Part shown: in pieces, positions 42,137 through 51,443 of the stretch
How positions within the stretch are numbered: the stretch's first letter is position 1
Layout of the letters: every line of letters starts with the position of its first letter
Origin: an uncultured bacterium
GTDB lineage: Bacteria; Macinerneyibacteriota; Macinerneyibacteria; Macinerneyibacteriales; DSCS01
NCBI GenBank assembly: GCA_964548195.1
Contig: CAZJQC010000009.1
Coordinates: 1-61,927, forward strand
Length of the DNA stretch: 61,927 bases
Direction of reading: 5' to 3'
The notes under the pieces: model-generated
Told to the model about the DNA's origin: nothing
The model's database searches: none
The model's input: only the letters and a program-made list of their open reading frames with translations
Position numbers and translations under genes: made by a program

Positions 42137-43489
42137 ATGAAAAGAATATTGATCATATTGGCGGTCACTGCAGCAGCGGCCGTTACGGCGGCAGGCCAGG
42201 AGCCGCTTTCGTTTCAGGGTTTTGTGCGCCACGAGACCGCGCTTTCGGTCTCTGATGTCAGCGATGCTCAGTATGTCAAGAGCCTTACCGACATCAGCAT
42301 AGTCGGGAAGCATTATATAGGCGACTACCGGTTTTTCGTGGACATATACGGGGCTTATGACACGGTGAACGGCGATGAAGGCAGCGTGGAACTCCGAGAG
42401 GGATACATGGCCGCGGATTTTAAAGACGTCTCATTCGTCTTGGGCAAACAATGGGTGGCATGGGGCCGCGCCGACGAGATCAATCCCGTCGATATGATAA
42501 ATCCCGAAGATTATTCCGAGCCCCTGGTCAGGGATAAAGAAGATAAAAAGATCAGGGTGCCCGCTCTCAGCGTATCGCGCTATATGGGCGATTTTACACT
42601 CACGGCCGTCCTGGTGCCTGATTTTACTCCGCCGGGACTTGATGCAAACAGCCATTGGGTCAGAGGCATATTGACTCAGATGGATTCGCTTAAACTCTAT
42701 TATGCAGAAAGAGCCGTCGCGGAAAGCGTCCCGGCCTATCTGATTGAGGATTATGTGGCTGAACGTCTCAAAATAGAAGAAAAGGGCAATGATATCGGAA
42801 ACAGCCAGATCGGCGCGCGTCTGAGCGGCTATGTGATGGGGACGGATTTTTCCGTTTACTATTACAGGGGTTTCTGGTCCGACATGTCAAGGCCTGTAGT
42901 CTTTATGGAGGGGCTCGACGCGCTCTCCGGCATGCCGGACAGCGTCACCGTGGCATTTCCCCCATTCTCCATGTACGGATTTGACATGGAAAAAGCCTCC
43001 GGCTCGTATACGTTCAGAGTCGAGGCCGCTTATTATCAGGACAGGTATATCACATTTGACACCTCCAGGATATCGGACAGCGCTGATTTCGCGGATTTCA
43101 ACGAACACCGCGGCGCCGGACTTACTGACGTGGTGAAATTCGTGGCCGGGGCTGACAGGTTTTTAGGCGACCTGTACATAAACGCGCAGTATGTGGGCGA
43201 ATATATAACGGACCACAGCAGACTGATGGCCCTTGATGAGGCTTATCTTCACTCCGCCACATTGAAAGTGAGTTCAAAGTTTGCCGAAGACAGACTTGAA
43301 CCGGAGATCAAAGTGATGTATGAGATCACTGAAAACGACATGTATCTGTCGCCTAAGGTCTCATACGAATTGAGCGACGGCGTGAAACTGACCGCGGCCG
43401 CCGATATGTTCACCGGCGACGAGAAGGGGACGATCGGGCAATATAAGACATGCGACCAGGTCCGTATAAGCCTTAAATATAATTTTTAA
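42137..43489 (+). CDS. Outer-membrane beta-barrel protein (DUF1302-like)
   Basis: Signal peptide; ELREGY, LGKQWVAWGRAD..NP.D.INP; C-terminal beta-signal ISLKYNF. Confidence 0.8.
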   Translation: MKRILIILAVTAAAAVTAAGQEPLSFQGFVRHETALSVSDVSDAQYVKSLTDISIVGKHYIGDYRFFVDIYGAYDTVNGDEGSVELREGYMAADFKDVSFVLGKQWVAWGRADEINPVDMINPEDYSEPLVRDKEDKKIRVPALSVSRYMGDFTLTAVLVPDFTPPGLDANSHWVRGILTQMDSLKLYYAERAVAESVPAYLIEDYVAERLKIEEKGNDIGNSQIGARLSGYVMGTDFSVYYYRGFWSDMSRPVVFMEGLDALSGMPDSVTVAFPPFSMYGFDMEKASGSYTFRVEAAYYQDRYITFDTSRISDSADFADFNEHRGAGLTDVVKFVAGADRFLGDLYINAQYVGEYITDHSRLMALDEAYLHSATLKVSSKFAEDRLEPEIKVMYEITENDMYLSPKVSYELSDGVKLTAAADMFTGDEKGTIGQYKTCDQVRISLKYNF

Positions 43490-43502
43490 AGCATAAAAAT
43501 CC

Positions 43503-43529
43503 AAAAAGGGCGCGTCAAGCGCCCTTTTT
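43503..43529. terminator. Intrinsic terminator (bidirectional form)
   Basis: AAAAAGGGCGC-GTCAA-GCGCCCTTTTT. Confidence 0.9.
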
Positions 43530-43572
43530 CATTCATCTCAAGCGACAAATCAGCCTTTTCGTTTATGCCGCC

Positions 43573-43600
43573 TTTACATCCGCATTATATATGATAACAT
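43573..43600 (+). promoter_or_regulatory. Putative sigma70 promoter
   Basis: TTTACA-16 nt-TAACAT with extended TG. Confidence 0.55.
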
Positions 43601-43624
43601 ATCAAAAATATTCGGGAGGCTGAT

Positions 43625-44227
43625 ATGAAAAATAAAATGATCGTCTTTGCAGCGGCCGCAGCCTGTCTGGCCGCGGCGTTGTTATTCTTCGCCTATTTTG
43701 CCGACGCCCGCAAGATCGCCGCCGTCAGTAAAGAAAAACAGATTGCCGTGAACGGCGCTGAAGAGGAAAAACAGGATGCGGAGGGATGTTCGCTGGAGGA
43801 GTTGTTTTTTTATCATGAGATCGGCAACGGATATCTTCTGGCAACCGCAAACGGCAGTATGGGGGAGCAGCTTGAGCGGGCTGCGGTCTTTGTCCCGCCC
43901 GGGGGCGGCGGCGGCGAAACAGCGGTAAGGCTCATCGTCTCCGATGACTCTCATATCGTCCTGGAGGAGGACGGACTTGTCACCGAATATCACCTCTACC
44001 GGCTTTCCGGCGACGACGCTCTCATAATCAAGTACGAGCCCGAAAAGACATTTTCACTGATCAAATACAGCGCGGATGAAGACAGTTTTAAGCAGGCGGA
44101 AGCGTCGGAATATTTCCCCGGACATCTCGGCCCGCACGGCAGTTTTTCCATGGACACCGTGTCTGTTACGGACAAGACTGCCGGCAGGGTATATTTATGG
44201 GAGGATGGAAGATTTATCGCGAAATAA
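43625..44227 (+). CDS. Hypothetical exported/membrane-anchored protein
   Basis: GGGAGG SD; N-terminal hydrophobic segment; beta-rich; ends VYLWEDGRFIAK. Confidence 0.75.
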   Translation: MKNKMIVFAAAAACLAAALLFFAYFADARKIAAVSKEKQIAVNGAEEEKQDAEGCSLEELFFYHEIGNGYLLATANGSMGEQLERAAVFVPPGGGGGETAVRLIVSDDSHIVLEEDGLVTEYHLYRLSGDDALIIKYEPEKTFSLIKYSADEDSFKQAEASEYFPGHLGPHGSFSMDTVSVTDKTAGRVYLWEDGRFIAK

Positions 44228-44282
44228 TCCAACGGCGGTTTTGACCCGCGTCGAAAAATGCGGACCTGAGAGGAATGTTCTT

Positions 44283-45782
44283 ATGAATAAGGTAAAGTTT
44301 ATGAAATATGCGATCGTATTGGCGGCGGCCGTCGCCTTCACCCTGACACTGATGCTTATACCCGGACGGGGGGAACGGCTTCAGCGCGCCATATGGGACG
44401 ACAATATCCCCAAGGCGGAAGAAATACTGAAAAAAGGGGTCGGCCCAAAGGACAAATGGTACGGGAAAGCTATTCACGACGCCATACTTTATGAGCCCCA
44501 TGAAGTGTTTGAGATTTTTGCCGCATACGGAGAAGAGGTTTTTACCGGGGAGCATCTGATGCTTGCAGCGGAATATGGGAGGGCTGATGTTGTACGGGCG
44601 TTTATAAACAGCGGGTTTGACATAAACGCCGCATATGAAAATGGCGAGACCGCTTTGATGAAGGCGGCCGGGAGCAGTGACACCGGGCATCTTGAGGCCG
44701 TCAGGCTTCTTGTGGAGGGCGGCGCCGAATTGAATGCAGTGACCGACCACGGCATGACCCCTTTCATGGCCGCCGCCGGGGAACGAGACGTTGTGAGCCG
44801 GCCCGGCTACTACAACGACACTGAAAAAAGGATTGCCGCAGCCGAAGAGATCATGAGGATGGTGCAGCGGGATTCCGACCGCGGACTTCTCCGCGCCGCA
44901 GAAAAGGGAAGTGTTGTGAAGATGAGAGAGGCTCTTGAAGATGGCGCGTGTATAAACACCCGGGACAGGAACGGTTATACCCCGTTGCACCTTGCTGCGG
45001 GAAACAACCATGCCCGGGCGGTAAAAATGCTCCTGGAAAAGGGCGCTGACGTGGAACCGCCACACGTCAGAGACGTTTCACCCCTACATATGGCGGTAAA
45101 AGGCTCCGGGGACGCGCAGGTCTGTGAACTGCTCATAGATGGCGGAGCGGAGGTGGACACCGCGGATACGGCATATTCCGCTATTCTCACCGACACGCTG
45201 TTGAAAAAAAGGTATGACATACTGCAATACCTTATCAGCCGGGGAGCTGATCCCGATTACAGCAGAGAATATGGATCGACGGCCATGATGGCTGCCGCGA
45301 TGCTTGATGACATACAGGGGCTGGATATACTGTTGAGAGCCCATGCCTCCGTGGATATGCGCGACGCCATGGGCCGGAACGCACTCTTTTACGCCGCGGA
45401 ATCATCTTCTCTGAAGGCGTTGAAATACCTCGTGGCATATGGAGGCGACGTCAACAGCATGATTGATGATGAAAAAGGATTTGACCATCATAGCTCACTT
45501 CTGATGTATGCCGCGCGATGGGGCACCGGCATGTATGGTAAAAAACAGGCAATGCTTACATGGCTCGTGGACGAAGGCGCAGATGTGAACGCGCAAAACG
45601 CCGGCGGAGAAACCGCCCTTATTCAATGCTCAAAAAAAAATGATATTGAGATGGCGTCACTGATACTGAAACTGGGAGCTGACCCCGACATCAGAGACGA
45701 TAAAGGCAAAAGCGCTTTGGATCATGCCCGTGAAAAGGGTTATCTGGAGCTGGCGGGTCTGCTGGGGGGAGAACAGCCATGA
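44283..45782 (+). CDS. Exported ankyrin-repeat protein
   Basis: Multiple GETALMKAA, GYTPLHLAA, SPLHMAV, GADVN repeats; N-terminal hydrophobic anchor; start 44283 or 44301. Confidence 0.9.
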   Translation: MNKVKFMKYAIVLAAAVAFTLTLMLIPGRGERLQRAIWDDNIPKAEEILKKGVGPKDKWYGKAIHDAILYEPHEVFEIFAAYGEEVFTGEHLMLAAEYGRADVVRAFINSGFDINAAYENGETALMKAAGSSDTGHLEAVRLLVEGGAELNAVTDHGMTPFMAAAGERDVVSRPGYYNDTEKRIAAAEEIMRMVQRDSDRGLLRAAEKGSVVKMREALEDGACINTRDRNGYTPLHLAAGNNHARAVKMLLEKGADVEPPHVRDVSPLHMAVKGSGDAQVCELLIDGGAEVDTADTAYSAILTDTLLKKRYDILQYLISRGADPDYSREYGSTAMMAAAMLDDIQGLDILLRAHASVDMRDAMGRNALFYAAESSSLKALKYLVAYGGDVNSMIDDEKGFDHHSSLLMYAARWGTGMYGKKQAMLTWLVDEGADVNAQNAGGETALIQCSKKNDIEMASLILKLGADPDIRDDKGKSALDHAREKGYLELAGLLGGEQP

Positions 45783-46162
45783 CAAGATCTTTTTATAATA
45801 TAGCTAAGACCATCGTATTGCCGCTGAGTCTGTTTTTTAGCGTGTCCTGCGCGGAACGGAATGCGGTCCGGGACGGGGCATTGAACAGACACGTCGAGTC
45901 ATTGTATGCGGAATGCGGCGAACCGGTGTTCCTTGGTTCTTTGGATGGCGCGGTCGGCTGCGTGATATCCGTTGAAGATGAAAAAGAGGGAGCTTTGATA
46001 ACAATAAGTCTGGACAAAACGCTGGGTTTCGGGATCTCTTCCCTCGTGCGGGATGAAGAGAAAAACGGGATACGTCTCATACCGGGCAAGAACGCCGTCA
46101 GGGAATATGCACTGATAAAGGTGCATGTAAAAGAAAAAGCGGAGGCGCCGCGGGAAAAATAG
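45779..46162 (+). CDS. Putative lipoprotein
   Basis: ATGA overlap with the ankyrin gene; hydrophobic segment ending SVS-C. Confidence 0.6.
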   Translation: MTRSFYNIAKTIVLPLSLFFSVSCAERNAVRDGALNRHVESLYAECGEPVFLGSLDGAVGCVISVEDEKEGALITISLDKTLGFGISSLVRDEEKNGIRLIPGKNAVREYALIKVHVKEKAEAPREK

Positions 46163-46189
46163 CGGCTTCCGGGGAGCGTCGGCAGAATT

Positions 46190-46218
46190 AAAAGGGGGGA
46201 TTCTCACCCCCCTTTTTT
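46190..46218. terminator. Bidirectional intrinsic terminator between convergent genes
   Basis: AAAAGGGGGG-ATTCTCA-CCCCCCTTTTTT. Confidence 0.88.
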
Positions 46219-47869
46219 ATCGTATTACAGCGTATTTCTTGAAAGTCAGGTCCCATGGCAGGGTAAGAAAAAGATCTCTGCCGGAGGGCTCTTTTCTCCT
46301 GAAATTCACAAAGATCTCGTCGCCGGGTCCCGCGCCCAGGTCTTTCAGTGGTATCTTGTATTCCAGTACCCAGCGGCCGTCCTCGTTTTTCACCGCCGAG
46401 TCAAAGCTGCCGTTCCAGGCAATATCCGAACTGTTGTTGGCGGTGTCGATCTCCATGTCCCAGATCGTACCCGATTCGTTGATATAGACCTGATAAAACG
46501 TGAATCCGTCGGCTGTGAATATAAAGCCCGCCGACGGGTCCAGATATACTTCTTCGTCACGTTCGGCGGCCTGCACCTTAAGGCCGGTCGAAAAGGTCTT
46601 TTCGATGACGACGGCCGCATATAGATATTCCTTGTCTTTGCCGAGATATAGCTGTGTGTAAGGGCTGTTGTTTTCAACCGGATAAAAACTGACGGTCTGA
46701 GCGAAAGTGTCCCATTCACCGGGGCTGATGACGCCGTCTATTTCGGGCATGCCCGGCTCACCCGAAGTGACAAATCTTCTTATCAACGCGAGCGGGGCAT
46801 TGTATTTATAAGATTTTCCCCTGCCGAACGTATACTGAAAAGAGAGCGCCGGTGTGTCAAGGGTATTCTCTTTCGGGGTGAACTTGAAATCATGGCGCCA
46901 TTCCGCGCCGGGGGCGATCGTGGCCTCGGGGATCGCAGGCAGGCCGGTGACGGAATCCGAATGAAGCACGGGAGCGACAGTCATATCATATTCATTGATG
47001 TTTGTCACTGAAAGCGAGGCATATCCCTCTGATGTACAGGAAGCGGTGATGAACCTACCGGATTGAAGGGCGTATACCGTCTGTTCCTCCTCTATTGACA
47101 TGATATCCGTGTCAACGGTATGGCCCGATCTCATGAGTACGGGGTAGAGCCGGCCGTCTTCGACCGTGCACCACATATATTGGTAGAACATGCCGAGCGA
47201 GTCGTCCTCGAATGGAAAGCCGCCCCCCGAACTGCCGACCAGATAGTAATCAATGCCGTCAAATACATTGTGCGCATACTGATGCCAGTGGCCCGTGAAG
47301 ACAGCGGAGACTCCGTATTCCTTGAAAATCTCATGCAGCGGCGCCGGTCTGCCTTTTGCGACCGTATCGGCCCAGAAAGGCTTATGCATGAAGACGATCT
47401 TCAAGGCTGCGCGCCTGTGTTTCCTGAGGTCCTTTTCCGCCCATCTCAACTGTTCTTCACCCATATCCCAGGAATTCCCGGCAATGGAATTATCCAGTAC
47501 AAGGAAATGGACGTCCCCCGCGTCGAAGGAATAATAGGGGGCGCGTCCCGTATGCAGCGTGTAGCGGGCCGCGGATTCTTCATCGACGATGTCATTGTTT
47601 CCGGGGGTGTAATATATGGGGGCCGGTATCGCGGCAAGTGTTTTCAGGGCGATGATCCAGTCGTTTTCGGAGGCATCGTCCGGCATGTCCCCCACCGTCA
47701 ACACGAGATCAGGCCGCATCCTTGAGATATCAGTAACGACTTTTTCAAATTCCTTTTGATTGACGCTGCCGGATCTGTCTCCTATTATTGCAAAACGCAG
47801 GTCGCCTGCGGCCGCCGATGCCGTCAGCACAATAAAAGCCAGAAACATGCATACTCTGTTTTTCGACAT
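46217..47869 (-). CDS. Secreted calcineurin-like metallophosphoesterase fused to a C-terminal CBM9/DOMON-like domain
   Basis: Signal peptide; GD, VGD, PGNND, MHKP, GHWH; C-terminal PEIDG...EW, DKEYLY.A, W..EYKIPL..LG; AAGGAGG SD before ATG 47869. Confidence 0.85.
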   Translation of the reverse strand: MSKNRVCMFLAFIVLTASAAAGDLRFAIIGDRSGSVNQKEFEKVVTDISRMRPDLVLTVGDMPDDASENDWIIALKTLAAIPAPIYYTPGNNDIVDEESAARYTLHTGRAPYYSFDAGDVHFLVLDNSIAGNSWDMGEEQLRWAEKDLRKHRRAALKIVFMHKPFWADTVAKGRPAPLHEIFKEYGVSAVFTGHWHQYAHNVFDGIDYYLVGSSGGGFPFEDDSLGMFYQYMWCTVEDGRLYPVLMRSGHTVDTDIMSIEEEQTVYALQSGRFITASCTSEGYASLSVTNINEYDMTVAPVLHSDSVTGLPAIPEATIAPGAEWRHDFKFTPKENTLDTPALSFQYTFGRGKSYKYNAPLALIRRFVTSGEPGMPEIDGVISPGEWDTFAQTVSFYPVENNSPYTQLYLGKDKEYLYAAVVIEKTFSTGLKVQAAERDEEVYLDPSAGFIFTADGFTFYQVYINESGTIWDMEIDTANNSSDIAWNGSFDSAVKNEDGRWVLEYKIPLKDLGAGPGDEIFVNFRRKEPSGRDLFLTLPWDLTFKKYAVIR

Positions 47870-47996
47870 AAAGCCTCCTTGTCTCTTTACAAATATGATA
47901 TATGATAATAGCAGGATTTCAATAAATGGCGGAGATTTGCCGAAAAAAAACAAACCTTTTATTTTGTTGTGCTATAATGTCGCAGAAAGGAGAGAT

Positions 47997-48545
47997 ATGT
48001 CTTTTAAGGAATTATGCGAAAGACGCAGAAGCGTCCGCAAATATAAAGCGGACGGGGTGGACAGGACACTCCTCGCGAAGTTGTTCACATATGTTTCAAA
48101 GGCTCCCTCCGCCCACAACTCGCAGGGGTACCGCTTTATAGTCATAGACGGGCCCGAAGACCTGAAGTCTTTCAGGGAAACGGCTTTCAGCGGAATATTC
48201 AAGATGCAATGGGTAAACACCGCTCCCGTTATTGTGGCAATGGTCTCCTCGCCCAGGTTTGCCGCCAATGTCGCCGGAAAAGCGTTGACAGGCATCGATT
48301 ATAAGGCGGTGGACGCAGGTATTGCCGGCGAACATCTTGTGCTGGCAGCTGCGGAGAACGGGCTTTCGACCTGCTGGATAGGATGGTTCAACAAGAAAAA
48401 GACTTCCCGTTGGCTGAGACTTTCAAAAGGGGACGAGATCATGTCCTTGTTCAGCCTGGGTTACGCGGACGAGGACTGGCTGCCGCGCGAGCAAAAACGC
48501 AAACCTATGGAAGAGCTTTTTTCGTTTTATGAGAGCGGCAGATGA
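47997..48545 (+). CDS. Nitroreductase family protein
   Basis: RRSVRKY, APSAHNSQ, GLSTCWIG; extended -10 TGCTATAAT at 47970-47978. Confidence 0.92.
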   Translation: MSFKELCERRRSVRKYKADGVDRTLLAKLFTYVSKAPSAHNSQGYRFIVIDGPEDLKSFRETAFSGIFKMQWVNTAPVIVAMVSSPRFAANVAGKALTGIDYKAVDAGIAGEHLVLAAAENGLSTCWIGWFNKKKTSRWLRLSKGDEIMSLFSLGYADEDWLPREQKRKPMEELFSFYESGR

Positions 48546-49402
48546 CCGAGTTTCTGATCGACGAGGATTTTAACGGCTCAAGACTGGACCGTTTTCTCAG
48601 GAAGACTTATCCGCAGGTGTCACTTGCCGCGATACAGAAAATACTGAGAAAAAAGCAGGTGCTGGTCAACGGCAGTCCCATGGCCTTCAACGGCCGTTTG
48701 TGCCTGGGTGATAAAGTCACCGTACAGGCCGGCCTTGAGCCGAACGCGGCCGTTACGGATGAAAAGATTTACAGCGTCCTCAACACGGATATAAATGTCG
48801 CTTACGAAGATGAGGATATCATCATCGTGAGAAAAGACCATGGCATGGCCGTGCATAAAGGCAGCGGGCATGATGCCGGACTTACGGAGATGTTGCGCGC
48901 CAAGAGGGACAATCCCCTGATTTCCCCGGCAAACCGCATAGATAGAAGGACCGGCGGACTTGTCATCTTCGGCAAAAACAGGAAAGCGCTGCGTTTTCTG
49001 AATGAACAGATGAGATCGGGGGGCATCGAAAAGCGCTACTATGCGCTGGCCGCAGGTACGGCCGCGCGGCCCTCTTTCAGGCTTGAGAACAGGCTGAAGC
49101 GCACTGAAAAAGGTATGGCGGTGGATGAGGATGGCAAAGCGAGCGCGGCGGAGGTAAAGGTGATACGGTCGAAAAAAGGCCTTTCGCTGCTGGAGATAGC
49201 CCTTGAGACCGGGCGCACCCATCAGATCAGGGTGCAGCTGGCCGCAGCGGGGCTGCCGATAATCGGGGACGGGCGTTACGGGGTGTATGAAAAAGGCATC
49301 ATGTACTTATATTCATATTTTACCCGTATCAGGGAAAAAAACGTGGTTGTAGATACCGGTTTTCCTGAAAATTTTTTAAAAAGATTTGAAAAGGGATTGT
49401 AG
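48542..49402 (+). CDS. RluA/RluC-family pseudouridine synthase with S4 domain
   Basis: RLDRFLR, NRIDRRTGGL, TGRTHQIRVQL, IIGD.RYG. Confidence 0.92.
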   Translation: MTEFLIDEDFNGSRLDRFLRKTYPQVSLAAIQKILRKKQVLVNGSPMAFNGRLCLGDKVTVQAGLEPNAAVTDEKIYSVLNTDINVAYEDEDIIIVRKDHGMAVHKGSGHDAGLTEMLRAKRDNPLISPANRIDRRTGGLVIFGKNRKALRFLNEQMRSGGIEKRYYALAAGTAARPSFRLENRLKRTEKGMAVDEDGKASAAEVKVIRSKKGLSLLEIALETGRTHQIRVQLAAAGLPIIGDGRYGVYEKGIMYLYSYFTRIREKNVVVDTGFPENFLKRFEKGL

Positions 49403-49427
49403 CTTTAAAGACAGGTCAAAAAAAGGG

Positions 49428-49455
49428 TTGCAATTAATATATATGGTAGTATAAT
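49428..49455 (+). promoter_or_regulatory. sigma70-type promoter of the rimP-nusA-infB operon
   Basis: TTGCAA-16 nt-TATAAT. Confidence 0.7.
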
Positions 49456-49463
49456 CCGTTGGT

Positions 49464-49492
49464 AGGGATGGTTTGTGCCATCCCTTTTTTTT
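49464..49492 (+). terminator. rimP leader attenuator hairpin
   Basis: AGGGATGG-TTTGTG-CCATCCCT plus T run between promoter and rimP SD. Confidence 0.8.
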
Positions 49493-49503
49493 AAGGGGGC
49501 ATT

Positions 49504-49944
49504 ATGGAAATGGTCAAAAGACTCGAAGAGCTGCTGAAGCCGTATCTGGAAAAAGAAGGGCTGAGGCTGTATAAGATCGTACTTTCTTCGGGAGGCAGAC
49601 GTAAAAAGATCGTAATATACGCTGATGGAATTGACTCGCATATAAATGTCGATCAACTGACCGCTTTGAACCGTTTCGCAGGAGACGTCATGGATGCGGA
49701 AGATCTTGTAAACGGCAGCTATTTGCTTGAAGTGTCTTCACCGGGCACGGCTTTGCTGACCGAGGAACGTGATTTTAAATTTTTCACGGGCAGTTTTTGC
49801 CGCATCGTGGTCGAAGAAGGCCCCATATACGGAACCATCAGGAGCTATGATGATGATGTGCTTACACTTGATGCAAAGGACGGCACGGAAATCCGCCTGC
49901 AGAGAGACATGATCATAAAGGCAAAAGTGGATATCGATTTTTAA
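49504..49944 (+). CDS. rimP: Ribosome maturation factor RimP
   Basis: YLLEVSSPG; upstream of nusA. Confidence 0.93.
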   Translation: MEMVKRLEELLKPYLEKEGLRLYKIVLSSGGRRKKIVIYADGIDSHINVDQLTALNRFAGDVMDAEDLVNGSYLLEVSSPGTALLTEERDFKFFTGSFCRIVVEEGPIYGTIRSYDDDVLTLDAKDGTEIRLQRDMIIKAKVDIDF

Positions 49945-49955
49945 GGGAGGACGAA

Positions 49956-51443
49956 ATGGATTCATTGATCAAAATCGTTGACGAATTGACGAGGATAAAA
50001 GATATTGATCGGGAAGAGATGATCGAGATCATCGGCGAAAGCATTAAAGAAGCGTATATGCGCAAATATAAACTGAAAAGCAAGGATGATGAGGAACCTT
50101 ATGAGCTGCCTCTTGACGTGGAGATAGAAGGCGGAAAACTATATATTTTCATATCAAAGACCGTGGTCAATGAAGTGGAGGATCCGCATATTGAGATCTC
50201 TTTGGAAGAGGCATCCAAGCTCACGGGAACAGGCGACCTTGAGGTCGACGATATAATAGATGTGTTCATAGACGCTAAGACACTGGGGAGAAACGGTGCC
50301 CAGATAGTCAAGGAAAACATCCTTAACAAAATAAAAGGCGTGGAACAGAACCGCGTCTTTGAAGAATACGCCGACAAGGTGGGCGAGGTATATACGGCTA
50401 TAGTGCTCAGAAAACAGCGCCTGCGCGGCAAGGAAAGAGATAATTACATAAAAGAAAACGTGGAGAGCGGCGGTGAGGATCACAATGAACTGGCGAATAT
50501 AATCGTCGATTTGGGAAAAGGCGAAGGCGTGATCCCGCCCAGACATCAATCCGGCAAGGACAGTTATTACAGGGGTACAAGGACAAAAGTCTATATATAC
50601 AATGTGAAAAAAGAGGGGCTGGACACAAAAATACTGGTATCCAGGACCCATGAGAATCTGCTGCGGGGTTTGTTTGAAATTGAAATACCCGAAGTGGCCA
50701 ACAAACAGGTCGAGATCAAGGCGCTTGCCCGGGAGCCCGGCGTGAGAGCCAAGGTGGCCGTATGGTCCAACAGCAGCGATCTGGACCCGGTGGGCACCTG
50801 TGTGGGTGTGCGCGGCATAAGAATACAGAACATAGTGCGTGAACTTAACGGAGAGCGCATCGACGTCATAGAGTGGAGCGAGGACCCCAGGCAGATGATA
50901 CGCAACGCCTTGAAGACCGTGGACATAAGCAAAGTCCTGATAGAGGAATCCGAGGGTGAGCGTAGAAATGTTAAGGTGGTCGTCCCGGACGAACAGTATA
51001 CCATGGCCATCGGCCGAAGCGGGCAGAATGTACGCCTTGCGGCGAAGCTGACCGGCTGGAAGATCTTCATCTATTCAGACACTGAATATCACAAGGAACT
51101 TGAGGAAAAAAGAGATATCTACATGAATACGCTGAAGAATTTTGCAGGCATGAACGAGGATATACTGAATAATATGTATGACAACGGGATATTCAATCTT
51201 GAAGAGATCGCCAATATGATGCCTGAAAGCCTGGCGCTTATGGTTGACGGAATAGATATGGAAATGGCCCGTTCATTCATAGATGAGTCAAAAAAGGCAG
51301 TGGCCAAATTCATAGAAGGCGGCGAAGGTTCGCCACAGCAGGAAGATGCTGAAGAGGAGACGGAAGCCGTTGTCGATACGGAGGAGAACGGCGCGCAGGA
51401 AGAAACGGATGGCGGCGAAGAGGGTAACACTGAAGAAGCGTGA
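49956..51443 (+). CDS. nusA: Transcription termination factor NusA
   Basis: AREPGVRAKVAV, DPVGTCVG, AIGRSGQNVRLA. Confidence 0.98.
   Translation: MDSLIKIVDELTRIKDIDREEMIEIIGESIKEAYMRKYKLKSKDDEEPYELPLDVEIEGGKLYIFISKTVVNEVEDPHIEISLEEASKLTGTGDLEVDDIIDVFIDAKTLGRNGAQIVKENILNKIKGVEQNRVFEEYADKVGEVYTAIVLRKQRLRGKERDNYIKENVESGGEDHNELANIIVDLGKGEGVIPPRHQSGKDSYYRGTRTKVYIYNVKKEGLDTKILVSRTHENLLRGLFEIEIPEVANKQVEIKALAREPGVRAKVAVWSNSSDLDPVGTCVGVRGIRIQNIVRELNGERIDVIEWSEDPRQMIRNALKTVDISKVLIEESEGERRNVKVVVPDEQYTMAIGRSGQNVRLAAKLTGWKIFIYSDTEYHKELEEKRDIYMNTLKNFAGMNEDILNNMYDNGIFNLEEIANMMPESLALMVDGIDMEMARSFIDESKKAVAKFIEGGEGSPQQEDAEEETEAVVDTEENGAQEETDGGEEGNTEEA

Noticed and set aside
44560..45740. Recurring sequence units that might suggest a repeat array or CRISPR
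   Set aside because: Degenerate protein-level ankyrin repeats; no identical DNA repeats with spacers and no cas genes in the window
32750..49402. Accessory block as an integrative element at tRNA-Met
   Set aside because: No integrase or transposase and no direct repeat of the tRNA 3' end seen; contains housekeeping-type genes
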